DNA from: a bacterium
GTDB lineage: Bacteria > SM23-31
DNA length: 64,000 nt
Assembly: GCA_965249485.1 (NCBI GenBank)
Contig: OZ252239.1
Location: 1,056,001 to 1,120,000, forward strand
Direction of reading: 5' to 3'
A program made the translations under genes and the position numbers. The stretch's first letter is position 1. Each line of letters begins with the position of its first letter. This document shows positions 32,090 to 43,172 of this stretch, piece after piece. The notes beneath the pieces are model-generated. The model did no database searches and was not told the DNA's origin. It was given only the letters and a program-made list of their open reading frames with translations.

Positions 32090-33698
32090 TTTCATTACCT
32101 GGACCTGCAGACCTGTGTTTAAGGTTGTCAGTCGAACTTCCTTACGATCTTGAATACATAGGCATGGTCACCGGGCCTCTCGGCCGGAGTCTTGATAGAA
32201 AGACCACCACCCGCAATTTCCTTCCCTTCATGCCATAACCTACCGGTCCATTCTCCTTCGACCCATTTCCACTCCAGGGGCTGGCCGTCGCCCAGCATGG
32301 TGATCTCTTGAATTTCATTCTCATACAATGGACCTAAACCATTTAAGCCCCTGTTAAATGTTTTTATCAAAATTTCTTCTCCCGGCCAGTCCAGAACAAT
32401 AGCATACAGGGTATCCCCCTTAACTGTGAAACGGATATCCTCAGGTGTATATTCTTGTTCCTCACCCCGGAATTCTCCTTCTTCCATGGATGGCCCTTCA
32501 CCCGCCTTGATCCATGCCGATGTCCCGTAGATAGCTTCCCCGTTGATATCGAGCCATTTGCCCATGCCCAGTAGTTTTTCCGCTGCCTCCTCCGGGATAC
32601 TGCCATCCGCTTTGGGTCCTACATTCAGAAGGAGGTATCCGTTCTTGCTCACCCGGTCGACCAGGTTGTCCACCAGCGTGTTTACCGATTTGTAACTGGT
32701 TCCCTCAACATATCCCCATCCGCCGTTGACATCGACATCGGTATCGGTGATCCACTCGTTGTATGTGAGTTTATGCTCCTGACCACCCTCAAGGTCCGTT
32801 AAACCGGCAAGCGGCGGGATGTCATTGTCCTTGTATGTCAGGACCACCTCCTTGCCGTTCTTCAGGGCATTGTTATAATAATAGACAGTGACCTTCCTGT
32901 AGTAGTCCTCGCGTACCAGCTCCAGGAAGGATTCGAACCAGATGAAATCCGGATCATACTTATCGATCACCTCCATGATTTTTCCGCTGTAGTGATCCAG
33001 CCATTCCTTTGTAGGTTCAACACCTTCTTCATGGATGAACCCGTACAATCCTGAATATTCCGGATTTGAACTATCATATCTTTCATCCCAGACTGGAAAG
33101 TAGAACCAGCTGGCAGAATGATGAAACGTGGTCACGAACTTCATGTCCCTTGCCTTAATAGCCTTTTCCAGTTCCCCCACGATATCTCTCTTTGGACCCA
33201 TTTTGGCAGCATTCCAGTCTGAATACCTAGTATCCCACATGGCGAAGCCGTCGTGGTGCTCGGCCACGGGTCCCGCGAACTTCGCACCGGCCCTGGCAAA
33301 AAGATCGGCCCATTCAGCGGCATCAAATTTTTCAGCTTTGAACATAGGGACAAGATCCTTATAGCCCACTCCGTCACTGAGTTTTCCGTACTTGCTTTCA
33401 AAGTCCTTCCGCTGCCAGTCATCGGGCCTGTTATAGACGTTATAAACATACCATGTGGCATTATCACCCATTGCGTGCACCGAATAAACTCCCCAGTGGG
33501 TGTAAATACCGAATTTCCCGTCCCGGAGCCATTGCGGGGTGGTATGCCGATTTAGGGAAACCCAGTCTGCTTCATATTTAGCGGAATTCAGGTCGGTCTT
33601 TTTCTCCGGACCCTCTGCCTGTTGACAGCCCAACACCATGACCAATATTAGGATTGCACATACAACGTGTCGAGTAGACATAATTGATCCTCATTCAT
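32090..33698. repeat. 1609-bp direct repeat, copy 2
   Basis: Matches 20412-22020. Confidence 0.92.
32128..33681 (-). CDS. GH29 alpha-L-fucosidase-like lipoprotein, copy 2
   Basis: Translation identical to 20450..22003. Confidence 0.92.
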   Translation of the reverse strand: MSTRHVVCAILILVMVLGCQQAEGPEKKTDLNSAKYEADWVSLNRHTTPQWLRDGKFGIYTHWGVYSVHAMGDNATWYVYNVYNRPDDWQRKDFESKYGKLSDGVGYKDLVPMFKAEKFDAAEWADLFARAGAKFAGPVAEHHDGFAMWDTRYSDWNAAKMGPKRDIVGELEKAIKARDMKFVTTFHHSASWFYFPVWDERYDSSNPEYSGLYGFIHEEGVEPTKEWLDHYSGKIMEVIDKYDPDFIWFESFLELVREDYYRKVTVYYYNNALKNGKEVVLTYKDNDIPPLAGLTDLEGGQEHKLTYNEWITDTDVDVNGGWGYVEGTSYKSVNTLVDNLVDRVSKNGYLLLNVGPKADGSIPEEAAEKLLGMGKWLDINGEAIYGTSAWIKAGEGPSMEEGEFRGEEQEYTPEDIRFTVKGDTLYAIVLDWPGEEILIKTFNRGLNGLGPLYENEIQEITMLGDGQPLEWKWVEGEWTGRLWHEGKEIAGGGLSIKTPAERPGDHAYVFKIVRKFD

Positions 33699-33920
33699 TT
33701 AATTTTATATTCCCCACATCAACTCTCTGAAAGAGATTAGTTGGGTTTTGGTTGTATTAAAATAAAAACGTAGCAAATGATTCTGAATATTACGATCGAA
33801 AAGATGGACAAATATTTGGTACTATGAAACTGGAGAATTGAAGGGAAATATTGCCACCGATTTATTTTAGGCCGGGATTTGTTTTGCACCGATGAAACCA
33901 TCACTGGCTCCTCGCCAAAA

Positions 33921-35399
33921 TTACCGGTTTCTCAGATCGCGGGGTAGCTTCAGCCAAGCTTCATCACTCTCATTGACATCCGTGTCCCCCAATTCCTGTC
34001 GCAAGCGTTCGAGTTCTGTTTTCAGTTCCGAAACCACAGAGGCATAGGCCGGATTGTTATACACGCTGTGCATTTCCGCCGGATCATTTTTCAGATCGAA
34101 TAAATCCCATTCATCATGAGCATGATAATAGATCAATTTATACTGGTCAGTGCGCACACCGAAGTGCGGCGGCGTATTGAAATGGGACCGATAGTAGCGG
34201 TAATACATCGACGTCCGCCAATCTGTCGGTGTGTCTCCTTCCAGAAAAGCCCGTGCGCTGCGCCCCTGCATATCTCCGGGGATGGTTACCCCGGCATAGT
34301 CCAACAATGTCGGTGCAAAATCAACATTGAGCATCATCACATCGCTGACACTGCCCGGTTTTGTGACACCAGGATATCGCATCAAAAACGGCATGCGCAG
34401 GGCTTCCTCGAACATGAACCGTTTGTCGTACCAGCCGTGCTCTCCGAGGAAAAAACCTTGATCGGCCGTATAAATGACTATGGTATTCTCCGTCAGTCCG
34501 TTATCGTCCAAGTAGTCGAGAACCCGCCCCACATTCTCATCGACCGATGCCACACAGCGCAAATAGGATTTTATATACTCCTGGTACTGGGCTTTTTTCC
34601 TGGCCACGCCCTGCAGGTGACCGGTCTTTTCCTCATAGATCGTATGCGAGCCGACGCCGATCCCCTGCTTGCTCTGCCCGACAGCATCGGCATGCCCCGT
34701 ATGATCGTCAAACAGGTTCGGCGGCTCGGGGATATCAACGCCCTCATATAAGTGCGCATGCTTTTCATCATATTCAAATGGGTCGTGCGGGGCCTTGTGC
34801 TGGTAGCACAAAAAAAACGGGCGCGTCGTATCGCGACGTTGTAGGAAATCCAGGGTAATGTCCGTGATAATGTCGGTCACATATCCCTGATGCTGTTTGC
34901 GCTCACTCATTTCAATGAACACGGGATCATTATATTCCCCCTGTTCCGGCAGCACATTCCAGTAATCGAAACCGGAAGGATCACGGTGCAAATGCCATTT
35001 GCCCACCATGGCCGTTTGATACCCCGCCTGCTGCAACAGTGTCTGCAGGGTGACGTGCCGCGGATCGAATTCGTTAAACCTGGTCGCACCATTGATGTGA
35101 CTGTACTTCCCGGTCAGAATGGATGCGCGACTCGGCGTGCAGATGGCGTTGGTGCAGAAGCAATTGTCCAGGCGGATACCATCGCGCGCAATGCGATCGA
35201 TCTGTGGTGTCCGGTTGATCCGGCTGTCGTAAGCGCCGATAGCGGGCGCCGCATGGTCGTCGGACATGATGAACAGAATATTGGGGCGGGAACGGTCCGA
35301 CGCTCCACAGTTGAACAATGGCAGGGACGTCATTGCCGCGCCGACGGCGAGTTGCCCGAGAAATCTTCGACGGCTAGATTTGATAACTTTAGTAGACAT
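33921..35399 (-). CDS. Formylglycine-dependent sulfatase with Tat signal
   Basis: SRRRFL twin-arginine motif; PNILFIMSDDH, CTPSRASILTG, GKWHL, DKRFMFEE. Confidence 0.93.
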   Translation of the reverse strand: MSTKVIKSSRRRFLGQLAVGAAMTSLPLFNCGASDRSRPNILFIMSDDHAAPAIGAYDSRINRTPQIDRIARDGIRLDNCFCTNAICTPSRASILTGKYSHINGATRFNEFDPRHVTLQTLLQQAGYQTAMVGKWHLHRDPSGFDYWNVLPEQGEYNDPVFIEMSERKQHQGYVTDIITDITLDFLQRRDTTRPFFLCYQHKAPHDPFEYDEKHAHLYEGVDIPEPPNLFDDHTGHADAVGQSKQGIGVGSHTIYEEKTGHLQGVARKKAQYQEYIKSYLRCVASVDENVGRVLDYLDDNGLTENTIVIYTADQGFFLGEHGWYDKRFMFEEALRMPFLMRYPGVTKPGSVSDVMMLNVDFAPTLLDYAGVTIPGDMQGRSARAFLEGDTPTDWRTSMYYRYYRSHFNTPPHFGVRTDQYKLIYYHAHDEWDLFDLKNDPAEMHSVYNNPAYASVVSELKTELERLRQELGDTDVNESDEAWLKLPRDLRNR

Positions 35400-35701
35400 G
35401 CATATCCTCGAAATATGACTTAAACATCATAGGGCCATACAAAAAAAACCGGTCAAGAATTCTCTGATAAACATGTAATCCAAGGTACTGTCTAATATCT
35501 TGATATCCAAATAGTTTGTATCTGGTTCATCGCATCTATCGAAAGAGTATTTCAGATAGGTGATCAACATGTATGCAATAGGTATTGGATTGGTGTTAGA
35601 TAGTGCACTATAAACAGAATTTGAACGATTTAGGAAAAGAAGAGACAAGTAAATCAGTGAAATTGGGAAGGATGATTGAGCTAACTTGTTGTTTTTATTA
35701 A

Positions 35702-35788
<87 letters not shown>

Positions 35789-36157
35789 AATAGATGTATC
35801 GATTTAGACATTTACTGTAGGTAGAATGCACAAAAAAAATGCTGTTGAACAACTTCTTAACAGCAGGCACAAAATACAAAAAAATTGTGTCTGTTGCAAC
35901 GGAGATTTATGTTAATACTTCTATTAATTACTTGTATTTCTCTCCTGAATTACCGTAATTCGTAATGAACCAATCATAATTTACAGCGGTTCACTACAGA
36001 AAACAGGAATCTTTATATTATCATGACAGGTTTCATTTATAGGTTTAATGTGCATTTCACTTTGGATAAAATGTTAGTTTTATATGAAGTAGTTAACGGC
36101 TATGGCAGCAGTAATTTAAGTGAAGATAAGAGCATGATTCTATAAGAAATTGCTTAG

Positions 36158-37339
36158 ATGAAACGAACCATAAATAAATTCTGCTTCAGCCACTTTATTT
36201 GCTGCATTGTTTTCTTTTCCGGACCGTATACGCTGTTCAGTCAGGTAAATTCACTCTTTTACCTCGAGGTCACGAATACCGAAGGCGACGAAATCGACGT
36301 GAACAATAACAGAGCAGGTGATAATGCTTTCAATCAGGTCCGGGGCAAACTGTTTCTGAACTCATGGTTATCCGACAGAATTGCTGTCTTTACCAAGGTT
36401 CTCTATGACGACGGTATTCGTGCAGATTCGGGCGGGAAAGTCCGGATCGACGGCGCCTATTTTTTGTTCGATCTCAATCCACAATTCAAGGCTAAAATCG
36501 GGAGAATTCCGATCTCAGTCGGCAATTTCCCGACGCGAAATTATCTCGAGCAAAATCCACTCATCGGATCGCCTCTTATTTACCAGTACCGGACATCTCT
36601 CCACTATAACGAAATTACCGATATCGATCAAACCTTGACCAACAGAGGACGGCGGAGGGGGATCGCATTTCTTTATGAGTCGTGCTGGGATGATGGTGCA
36701 GAATTATTCGGAAGTCATGCTATAATTGATTACAGTATTGGGGTGACGCAATCATCGGTCTTCAATCCACGTGCCTCATCGAAAGACGCTAAGCAGATCA
36801 TTGGCAGAGTCGGTCTCCGCCCCGTTATGGGTATGCGTCTCGGTGTCGGATATGCCCGCGCACCCTATGCAGACGGTGGAATCGATACTTATACTATTAG
36901 CACGAACGGTAGTCCGGATATCATCAGTGTGCCTCTCGACCGGGACATAAATGATTACACAGGTGAAATTGTTGTGACTGATTTCGAATATACCGCTGGA
37001 CATGTACAATTCTACTCCGAGTGGGTACGAACATGGTTCAAAGCTGGTCCCAACCTCGATGAACTGACAGCATCAGGTTACTATATTGAGGCACAGTATA
37101 CACTTACACCACAGCTCTTTGCAGCCGGACGGTTTGGTCAAATGATATTTGATGAGGTTGAGACGTCAACAGGTGCAATGGAACCATGGGACTACAATGT
37201 GAGTCGAATAGAATTAGGATTGGGTTATAAACTGACTCGTTCTATGGTCGTCAAAGGTGTCAGCCAATTCAACAAGTATGACGATGCTCCATTAGAGGGT
37301 ATTCAATTTTTTGCACTGCAGCTCCAAGCATTTTTCTAA
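36158..37339 (+). CDS. Outer-membrane beta-barrel (porin-like) protein
   Basis: Signal peptide, alternating amphipathic strands, C-terminal Phe (LQLQAFF). Confidence 0.7.
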   Translation: MKRTINKFCFSHFICCIVFFSGPYTLFSQVNSLFYLEVTNTEGDEIDVNNNRAGDNAFNQVRGKLFLNSWLSDRIAVFTKVLYDDGIRADSGGKVRIDGAYFLFDLNPQFKAKIGRIPISVGNFPTRNYLEQNPLIGSPLIYQYRTSLHYNEITDIDQTLTNRGRRRGIAFLYESCWDDGAELFGSHAIIDYSIGVTQSSVFNPRASSKDAKQIIGRVGLRPVMGMRLGVGYARAPYADGGIDTYTISTNGSPDIISVPLDRDINDYTGEIVVTDFEYTAGHVQFYSEWVRTWFKAGPNLDELTASGYYIEAQYTLTPQLFAAGRFGQMIFDEVETSTGAMEPWDYNVSRIELGLGYKLTRSMVVKGVSQFNKYDDAPLEGIQFFALQLQAFF

Positions 37340-37340
37340 T

Positions 37341-38022
37341 ATGAAAATGATACGAACAAACAGATTTTTTCTCGTTATTGCGGTTCTCGCTTTTGTAATG
37401 TTACAAGGTGCGGAAAAGCACATGCTCTATGCAAGTGATATTAAAGGAACCGTCATCATTGCCTCACCTGCTCCTTAGGACAGGTTGAGCGGTCTAAGTT
37501 TTCTCTACACAAAACCGTCTGAAATGAACCGTCAAGATGACCGGGGAATAGAGGTTGTCCTTTATATTAAAGAAGAATTCGAAAACGATCCGCCGGAACC
37601 GGTATCTAATGCTGCACTCCAACAGAAAAATAAGACCTTTGTGCCGCATGTATTGCCGGTAACGGTGGGTACATCTGTCGATTTTCCGAATATGGATAAT
37701 ATATATCATAAATGTATTTTCCTTAAGTAAGAGCAACGGATTTAAACTCGGCAGATATGCGTCGGGAAAATCGCAGCGGCACACGTTTAATAAACCGGGT
37801 GTCGTAGAGGTATTTTGTGACATCCATTCGCATATGCACGCCTATATCGTAGTCCTGCCGAACAGATACTATGCAAAAACGGATGTTGATGGCAGCTTTC
37901 TCATCAAGTATGTCCCGCCCGGGACTTATACGCTTGTCGCGTGGCACGAAACACTTTCCGAACAGGAACTGACGGTTACTGTCCCCGAATCCGGAGAAGT
38001 AACCATAACGGTAACTTTCTGA
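37341..38022 (+). pseudogene. Cupredoxin-like plus carboxypeptidase-regulatory-like domain protein, interrupted
   Basis: ATG 37341; in-frame TAG 37476-37478; extra A near 37710. Restored text reads FVPHVLPV.VG..VDFPN.D.IYHNVFS...FCDIHSHM...VPPGTYTLVAWHE. Confidence 0.75.
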
Positions 38023-38024
38023 TT

Positions 38025-39892
38025 ATGAAACTGCGAACAAAAATATTCTTGACGGCGGTTGTTCTCGTCTTCTGTATCATACTCTCGAGCTTTTTCTTTC
38101 TGAACTACCGGTTCTCGAACATTGTTAGAGAAACAATCCATGCCCACCTCAACGAAACCGGACTTGTTCTCATAAAAATCATCGAAGACAGACAGTTGTT
38201 CCTCAGGCTGTTGAGTGAGAATATCGCTGAAGCACCCCGAATGAAAGCTGCCGTAAGCATCATGGACCCGTTGACGGTTGAAGATGAGCTCCGTGAATTT
38301 GTGCAGATCAATGACAGAATTGACCTCTATATTGTAACAGATCCCAACCTCATCGTTCTGTCATTTCTCATTGACGGCGAACGAAGAGATGAAGAAGTCC
38401 TTGTTCCATTGTTTCAAATGTATTTCGATTCTATCGAAGAGAACCAGAAGCTGACCGATGTCTGGTTTATCAACAAGAACCTTTATCAGATTGCCGTATC
38501 AATTATCAAGAGCGGACCCAAAATACATGGTCTGCTCATTCTCGGAGACAGGGTTGACGATGAACTTGCCCTCAATCTTAAATATATGACCAATTCGGAC
38601 GTCAGTTTCATAGTGAATGAGTTTGTTCTCGGATCCACTATTGAAAACTTTGAACGGATACTCTTGCTTGAAGCCGTTGATGCGGCTGACAGAATTACTC
38701 CCGGAGGCATGAACTCAGGTCCGGAACAATTTATTAATACATTTGACCTCGATGATGCAGTCCATCTCTACATTAAAGGAAATTTTCCCGGTTATCCGCA
38801 GGCCAATTATTTCTTAAGCCAGTCGAATGATTCTGAAACCACGTTGCTCGGTGAACTCCGGCTCATTTTTATACTCGTTGGGATAAGCGCTGTTGCGGTT
38901 GTGTTTTTGTTTAGTTTTTTGTGGCTCGGCACTTAACACTCCCGCTTAACGATCTTATTGAAGGGTCTCAGGATATGGCAGACGGAAATTATGACCATGC
39001 TCTATCCACCATATTGCGGGAAGACAAAAGCAATGATGAGATTTCCAAACTTGCACTGAGTTTTGAACAGATGCGGTGCAGTATCCGGGATAATATCGAA
39101 AAAATAACGTCGTTGAATACGGAACTCGTTGATAAAAATAACGAGCTTGAAAAAGCGCTTGAAGACCTGAAAAAAGCGCAGGATGAGTTAATAAATTCGG
39201 AACGGATGTCAACCGTAGGGAAGATGGTAAGCACAATCATCCACGATTTTAAAAGTCCGATGCAAGTCATTAAAGGTATGACCCAGCTTATTTCGATGGG
39301 CAATATTGACGAAGAAAAGAGGAACGACCTCATAGCCTACATCAATAAGGCGATCGATCAGATGAATAATATGACCCACGATATTCTCGATTTTATCAAG
39401 GGCCGAAAAAATCTAAATCTCGAAACGGTAAAACTCTCAAAGGTAATAAACGAACTTCTTGTCTATATGTCGAATGACTTGCAGACCAATAATTTTCAAG
39501 TCACCCGGACTGTCGATTTTGATCCCGAAATGACAATCGATTTGTTCAAGATCAAAAGGGTGTTTGAAAATCTTGTTCGGAACGCAATCGAAGCTTCGGA
39601 AGGTGAAAATTCAATCAATATTACCTCTGAAAAATCCAATGGTAATGTCCGAACATTCATCCGTGATAACGGTCCTGGAATTCCTGCTGAAATAAAAGAT
39701 TCTCTCTTTGAGCCGTTCATAACGAAAGGAAAACCGCAAGGGACCGGATTGGGACTTGCTATAACGAAAAAACTGGTTGAAGACCATAAAGGAGCCATTG
39801 CAGTCAAATCGGAAATCGGAAAAGGGACTACGTTTATTATCGATTTACCATATGGTGAAAATGCAAAGAAATTGATAACGGAAGAGCCATGA
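38025..39892 (+). CDS. Membrane sensor histidine kinase (HAMP), split by a frameshift in a T run near 38915-38920
   Basis: TM and periplasmic part 38025..38936; kinase part 38921..39892 with HDFKSP, NLVRNA, DNGPG, GTGLGL. Confidence 0.82.
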
Positions 39893-40278
39893 CCAAGAAA
39901 AAAATTCTCATTGTTGACGATATTGAAGCATTAAGAAAACAAGCAATTTACAGCCTCGCGATTATCTATCCCAATGCTATGTTCATTGAAGCGGAAAACG
40001 GATTTGAGGCACTTGACAAACTAATCAAACACAAGCCCGATTTAATTCTCCTCGATATCGACATGCCGAAAATGAGTGGTATCGATGTACTGAAGCGGAT
40101 CAGGCGGAGTAGAGATGCAAAAATAAAAAAACTCCCTATCATCATGTTTACCGGAAATGTCGATAAAGAAACGGTTGATGAAATAATTAATCTCGGTGTC
40201 AATGGCTATCTCGTAAAACCGTTTGAGATCGACGCCCTCCTCGAAAAAGTTGACTGCTTCCTCAAAGATGATAAGTAA
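39889..40278 (+). CDS. Single-domain response regulator
   Basis: LIVDD, LLDIDMPKMSG, KPF. Confidence 0.9.
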   Translation: MTKKKILIVDDIEALRKQAIYSLAIIYPNAMFIEAENGFEALDKLIKHKPDLILLDIDMPKMSGIDVLKRIRRSRDAKIKKLPIIMFTGNVDKETVDEIINLGVNGYLVKPFEIDALLEKVDCFLKDDK

Positions 40279-40459
40279 AGATGGAATTTGATATTGTTCT
40301 CGTCGAGTAAGTACTTACTGGTATTATCCCGCCGATTCAGTATGATACTCTTGTAATTTGGTCATAATAGTAGTATATTTTTCAATAATATAGAGGGATA
40401 CTGTTCGAATATTGTGTCCTGATGGTATACATGATTTATTATAGGACCGGAAAGAACAA

Positions 40460-43093
40460 ATGCTGCGGAAATTATCCATAAATCCGGAAGAAAATATCAT
40501 TAACGAGATTCTTGCACCTCTTGACGTTGAACTCCGAAAAAAAATTCTGAAGAATATCAAAGAAGCTCTCATTGCGAAAAGTGTACCGGTCAAGTCAAGT
40601 ACTGATATCCCCCATCTTGCCGAAGAACATCTGACACTGAAAGAGACGAAAACAATATTTCTCGATACTATCAGATTGGTACCGGCGGCAGCAGAAGATA
40701 CACGGATTCTCAAGGCAGAATATCTTGAAAAAAGGATATCACGAATAACAGGGGGTGATCAAAAATTAAGAAGGCAATTTGTACAGAATCTAACCCGGAC
40801 ACTACTGGAGATGGGACTTATTGACGACCAGGATGTTGAATCCTGGTCAAAACTGCCGGCTAAAGAGCGAAGATCAAAAGTATTTTACCAGGCAGCGAAT
40901 TACCTTTATTATTTGGAGCTCGAGGATGTTTTTACAACGATACTCGAACCGAAAGCTCACCTGACGGATATAGTTAAAGAGGTGCGGAATGTCGATGTCA
41001 TCAAGAACATGACGAACAGCGAGATTGTCGCATTTTTAGACCGGATACTGCTGCACGAAAAGGAGTTCAGTGATGTCGACAAGAAGGAGTTGTTGGAGAC
41101 AATAATCGATACATTCATTTCGAACCATCATTATTACAGAGTTTCCGCAGTAAAATATTTTTCACTCACAGACATCTACAATATACTTGTCAGACGGATA
41201 GGGCTGCCCGACCGTCAAGGGAAAATCGGGCAAAAGGCCGCTGGGATGATTCTGGCGTATAGAATTCTAACTACCGAAAAAAGCGATTTTTCAGACAAAG
41301 TGAAAATTCCCGAATCATATTATCTGACATCCGATGTATTTTTCGAATGTCAGCTTTCACACTCGTACAACTGGTCGACATTGAAGTACCGGTTCAGAGA
41401 CGGCCATATGACTGAGGAAGAACTTGAAGATGAATATCCTCTGCTCCGTCAGGCGCAGATGGAAACCGAAATGCCTGATATAATTAGGATTGAGCTTCGG
41501 AAAGTACTCGAAAAAGTCGGGCACGTTCCGGTCATTGTCCGGTCGTCAAGCTTGCTTGAAGACAGTGAAAGCTCCTTCAGTGGAAAATACGACAGCTTCT
41601 TTTATGCCAATCAGCCGCTGCATGATGATCCCGCACAGGATCTCGAACTCCGCGCAGACAAATTAATCGAGAAAATTTTTCAAGTCTATGTTTCGCTCGG
41701 AAAACCGGAAGTGCTCATTTACCGAAGAGAACGTGGACTTCTCGATGTTGATGAGCGGATGTCGGTACTGATTCAGACGGTTGAAGGCAGGCGGTATGGT
41801 AAATACTATCTGCCGGCTTTGTCGGGAGTTGGCCTTTCGCAAAATAACAGAGTTAATACAGAGCGGATAAAATGGGATGACCCGGTGCTCAGGATCGGTA
41901 TGGGACTTGGGACCGGAATCGTCGACATCAAGGGAAATCAAGTCAAAGTTGTCTATCCCGCGAATCCGGAGTTTTCCACAATTCTAGATTTTTATCAGAT
42001 ACTGAAATCGTCGCAGAAAAATACCGATGTGCTGAACCTCGAAAATGACACAGTTGAATCAATTCCAAAATCTGATTTATTTGAATATCTGAACAGCGAT
42101 GACTCGGACGATGAGAACATTCGTTATCTGAAAAAGGTTATGGGTGAATATTTTCTCTCTACAGCAGAAGTAGACTATTTAAAGGATGGAATCGGCCTGA
42201 ATATGAAGCTCGATCAGAATAAACATGTTGTCACGCTCGATGGCCTGAAAAAAACGGAATTTTATCCGATGTCGGAATGGATACTCAGGATTCTCAGTAA
42301 GAAATATGTTCCGGCTGATGTCGAATTTACGCTCAACCTGACCCCCTCTGAGATGTTGTCGGATGAAAACGCAAATAATGAACGGTTCACCTTGACGGTT
42401 CTTCAGTGTCGGCAATTGACCGGAACACTCGAACACGAAATCCATGCAATACCGGAAAACATGCCCGAGAAAAATGTTCTGGCCCTTGTTAATAAAGATG
42501 TGACCAACGGATATGTTCCGAATATAGGTTACATTGTCTATGTCGATCCCGATGAGTACTACAAACTCGATGAAACACAGATGCTTACAATTGCCCGCCT
42601 CATAGGTCAGATAAATTCCGCATTGAAAGGGCAGCGATTTATCTTGATCGGTCCCGGCAGATGGGGCAGTAGTTCTCCGTTTTATGGAATCAAAGCCACC
42701 TATTCGGAAATTTACAATACACTCGGCCTTATCGAGATATCGAAACTGCTCTCAGATGCATCGTATTCCGAACCGTCGCTTGGTTCACATTTTGGTAATG
42801 ATGTCCGTGAAAGCAATATTATTACCATGACAATTTATCCGGGAACGGGCGATTCTGTCTATCAAAGAAAAGTTCTTCAGAATAGCCAGAATCTTGTTGC
42901 GGAATTCTTTCAAGGCCATATTCTCGATGACTGGGTAACAGGTGTAGTACGTATTATCGATACAAAATCGATACCCTCGAAAAGTATTACCAAAGATAGA
43001 CAAGCGCTGCATATAATTGCCAATGCATCCGAATCAATTGGGATCATGTATCTTGGCGAAACGAAGCAGAAAGAAATCACCAAACCGATTTGA
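40460..43093 (+). CDS. PEP/pyruvate-binding (PPDK N-terminal-like) domain protein
   Basis: GKIGQKAAG, VRSSSLLED, FSGKY, GMGLG, DVEF, LQCR, LIGPGRWGSS, SLGSHF. Confidence 0.82.
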   Translation: MLRKLSINPEENIINEILAPLDVELRKKILKNIKEALIAKSVPVKSSTDIPHLAEEHLTLKETKTIFLDTIRLVPAAAEDTRILKAEYLEKRISRITGGDQKLRRQFVQNLTRTLLEMGLIDDQDVESWSKLPAKERRSKVFYQAANYLYYLELEDVFTTILEPKAHLTDIVKEVRNVDVIKNMTNSEIVAFLDRILLHEKEFSDVDKKELLETIIDTFISNHHYYRVSAVKYFSLTDIYNILVRRIGLPDRQGKIGQKAAGMILAYRILTTEKSDFSDKVKIPESYYLTSDVFFECQLSHSYNWSTLKYRFRDGHMTEEELEDEYPLLRQAQMETEMPDIIRIELRKVLEKVGHVPVIVRSSSLLEDSESSFSGKYDSFFYANQPLHDDPAQDLELRADKLIEKIFQVYVSLGKPEVLIYRRERGLLDVDERMSVLIQTVEGRRYGKYYLPALSGVGLSQNNRVNTERIKWDDPVLRIGMGLGTGIVDIKGNQVKVVYPANPEFSTILDFYQILKSSQKNTDVLNLENDTVESIPKSDLFEYLNSDDSDDENIRYLKKVMGEYFLSTAEVDYLKDGIGLNMKLDQNKHVVTLDGLKKTEFYPMSEWILRILSKKYVPADVEFTLNLTPSEMLSDENANNERFTLTVLQCRQLTGTLEHEIHAIPENMPEKNVLALVNKDVTNGYVPNIGYIVYVDPDEYYKLDETQMLTIARLIGQINSALKGQRFILIGPGRWGSSSPFYGIKATYSEIYNTLGLIEISKLLSDASYSEPSLGSHFGNDVRESNIITMTIYPGTGDSVYQRKVLQNSQNLVAEFFQGHILDDWVTGVVRIIDTKSIPSKSITKDRQALHIIANASESIGIMYLGETKQKEITKPI

Positions 43094-43172
43094 ACAGCCT
43101 GACAATGAATAGCTGGCACAATCTTCCATTTGTTGAGAAACGGTATATACACAGAAAACATCGGTATTTTTC

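Noticed and set aside
20412..33698. The 1609-bp repeats as IS ends of a composite transposon
   Set aside because: They encode only a GH29 enzyme, with no transposase or terminal inverted repeats.
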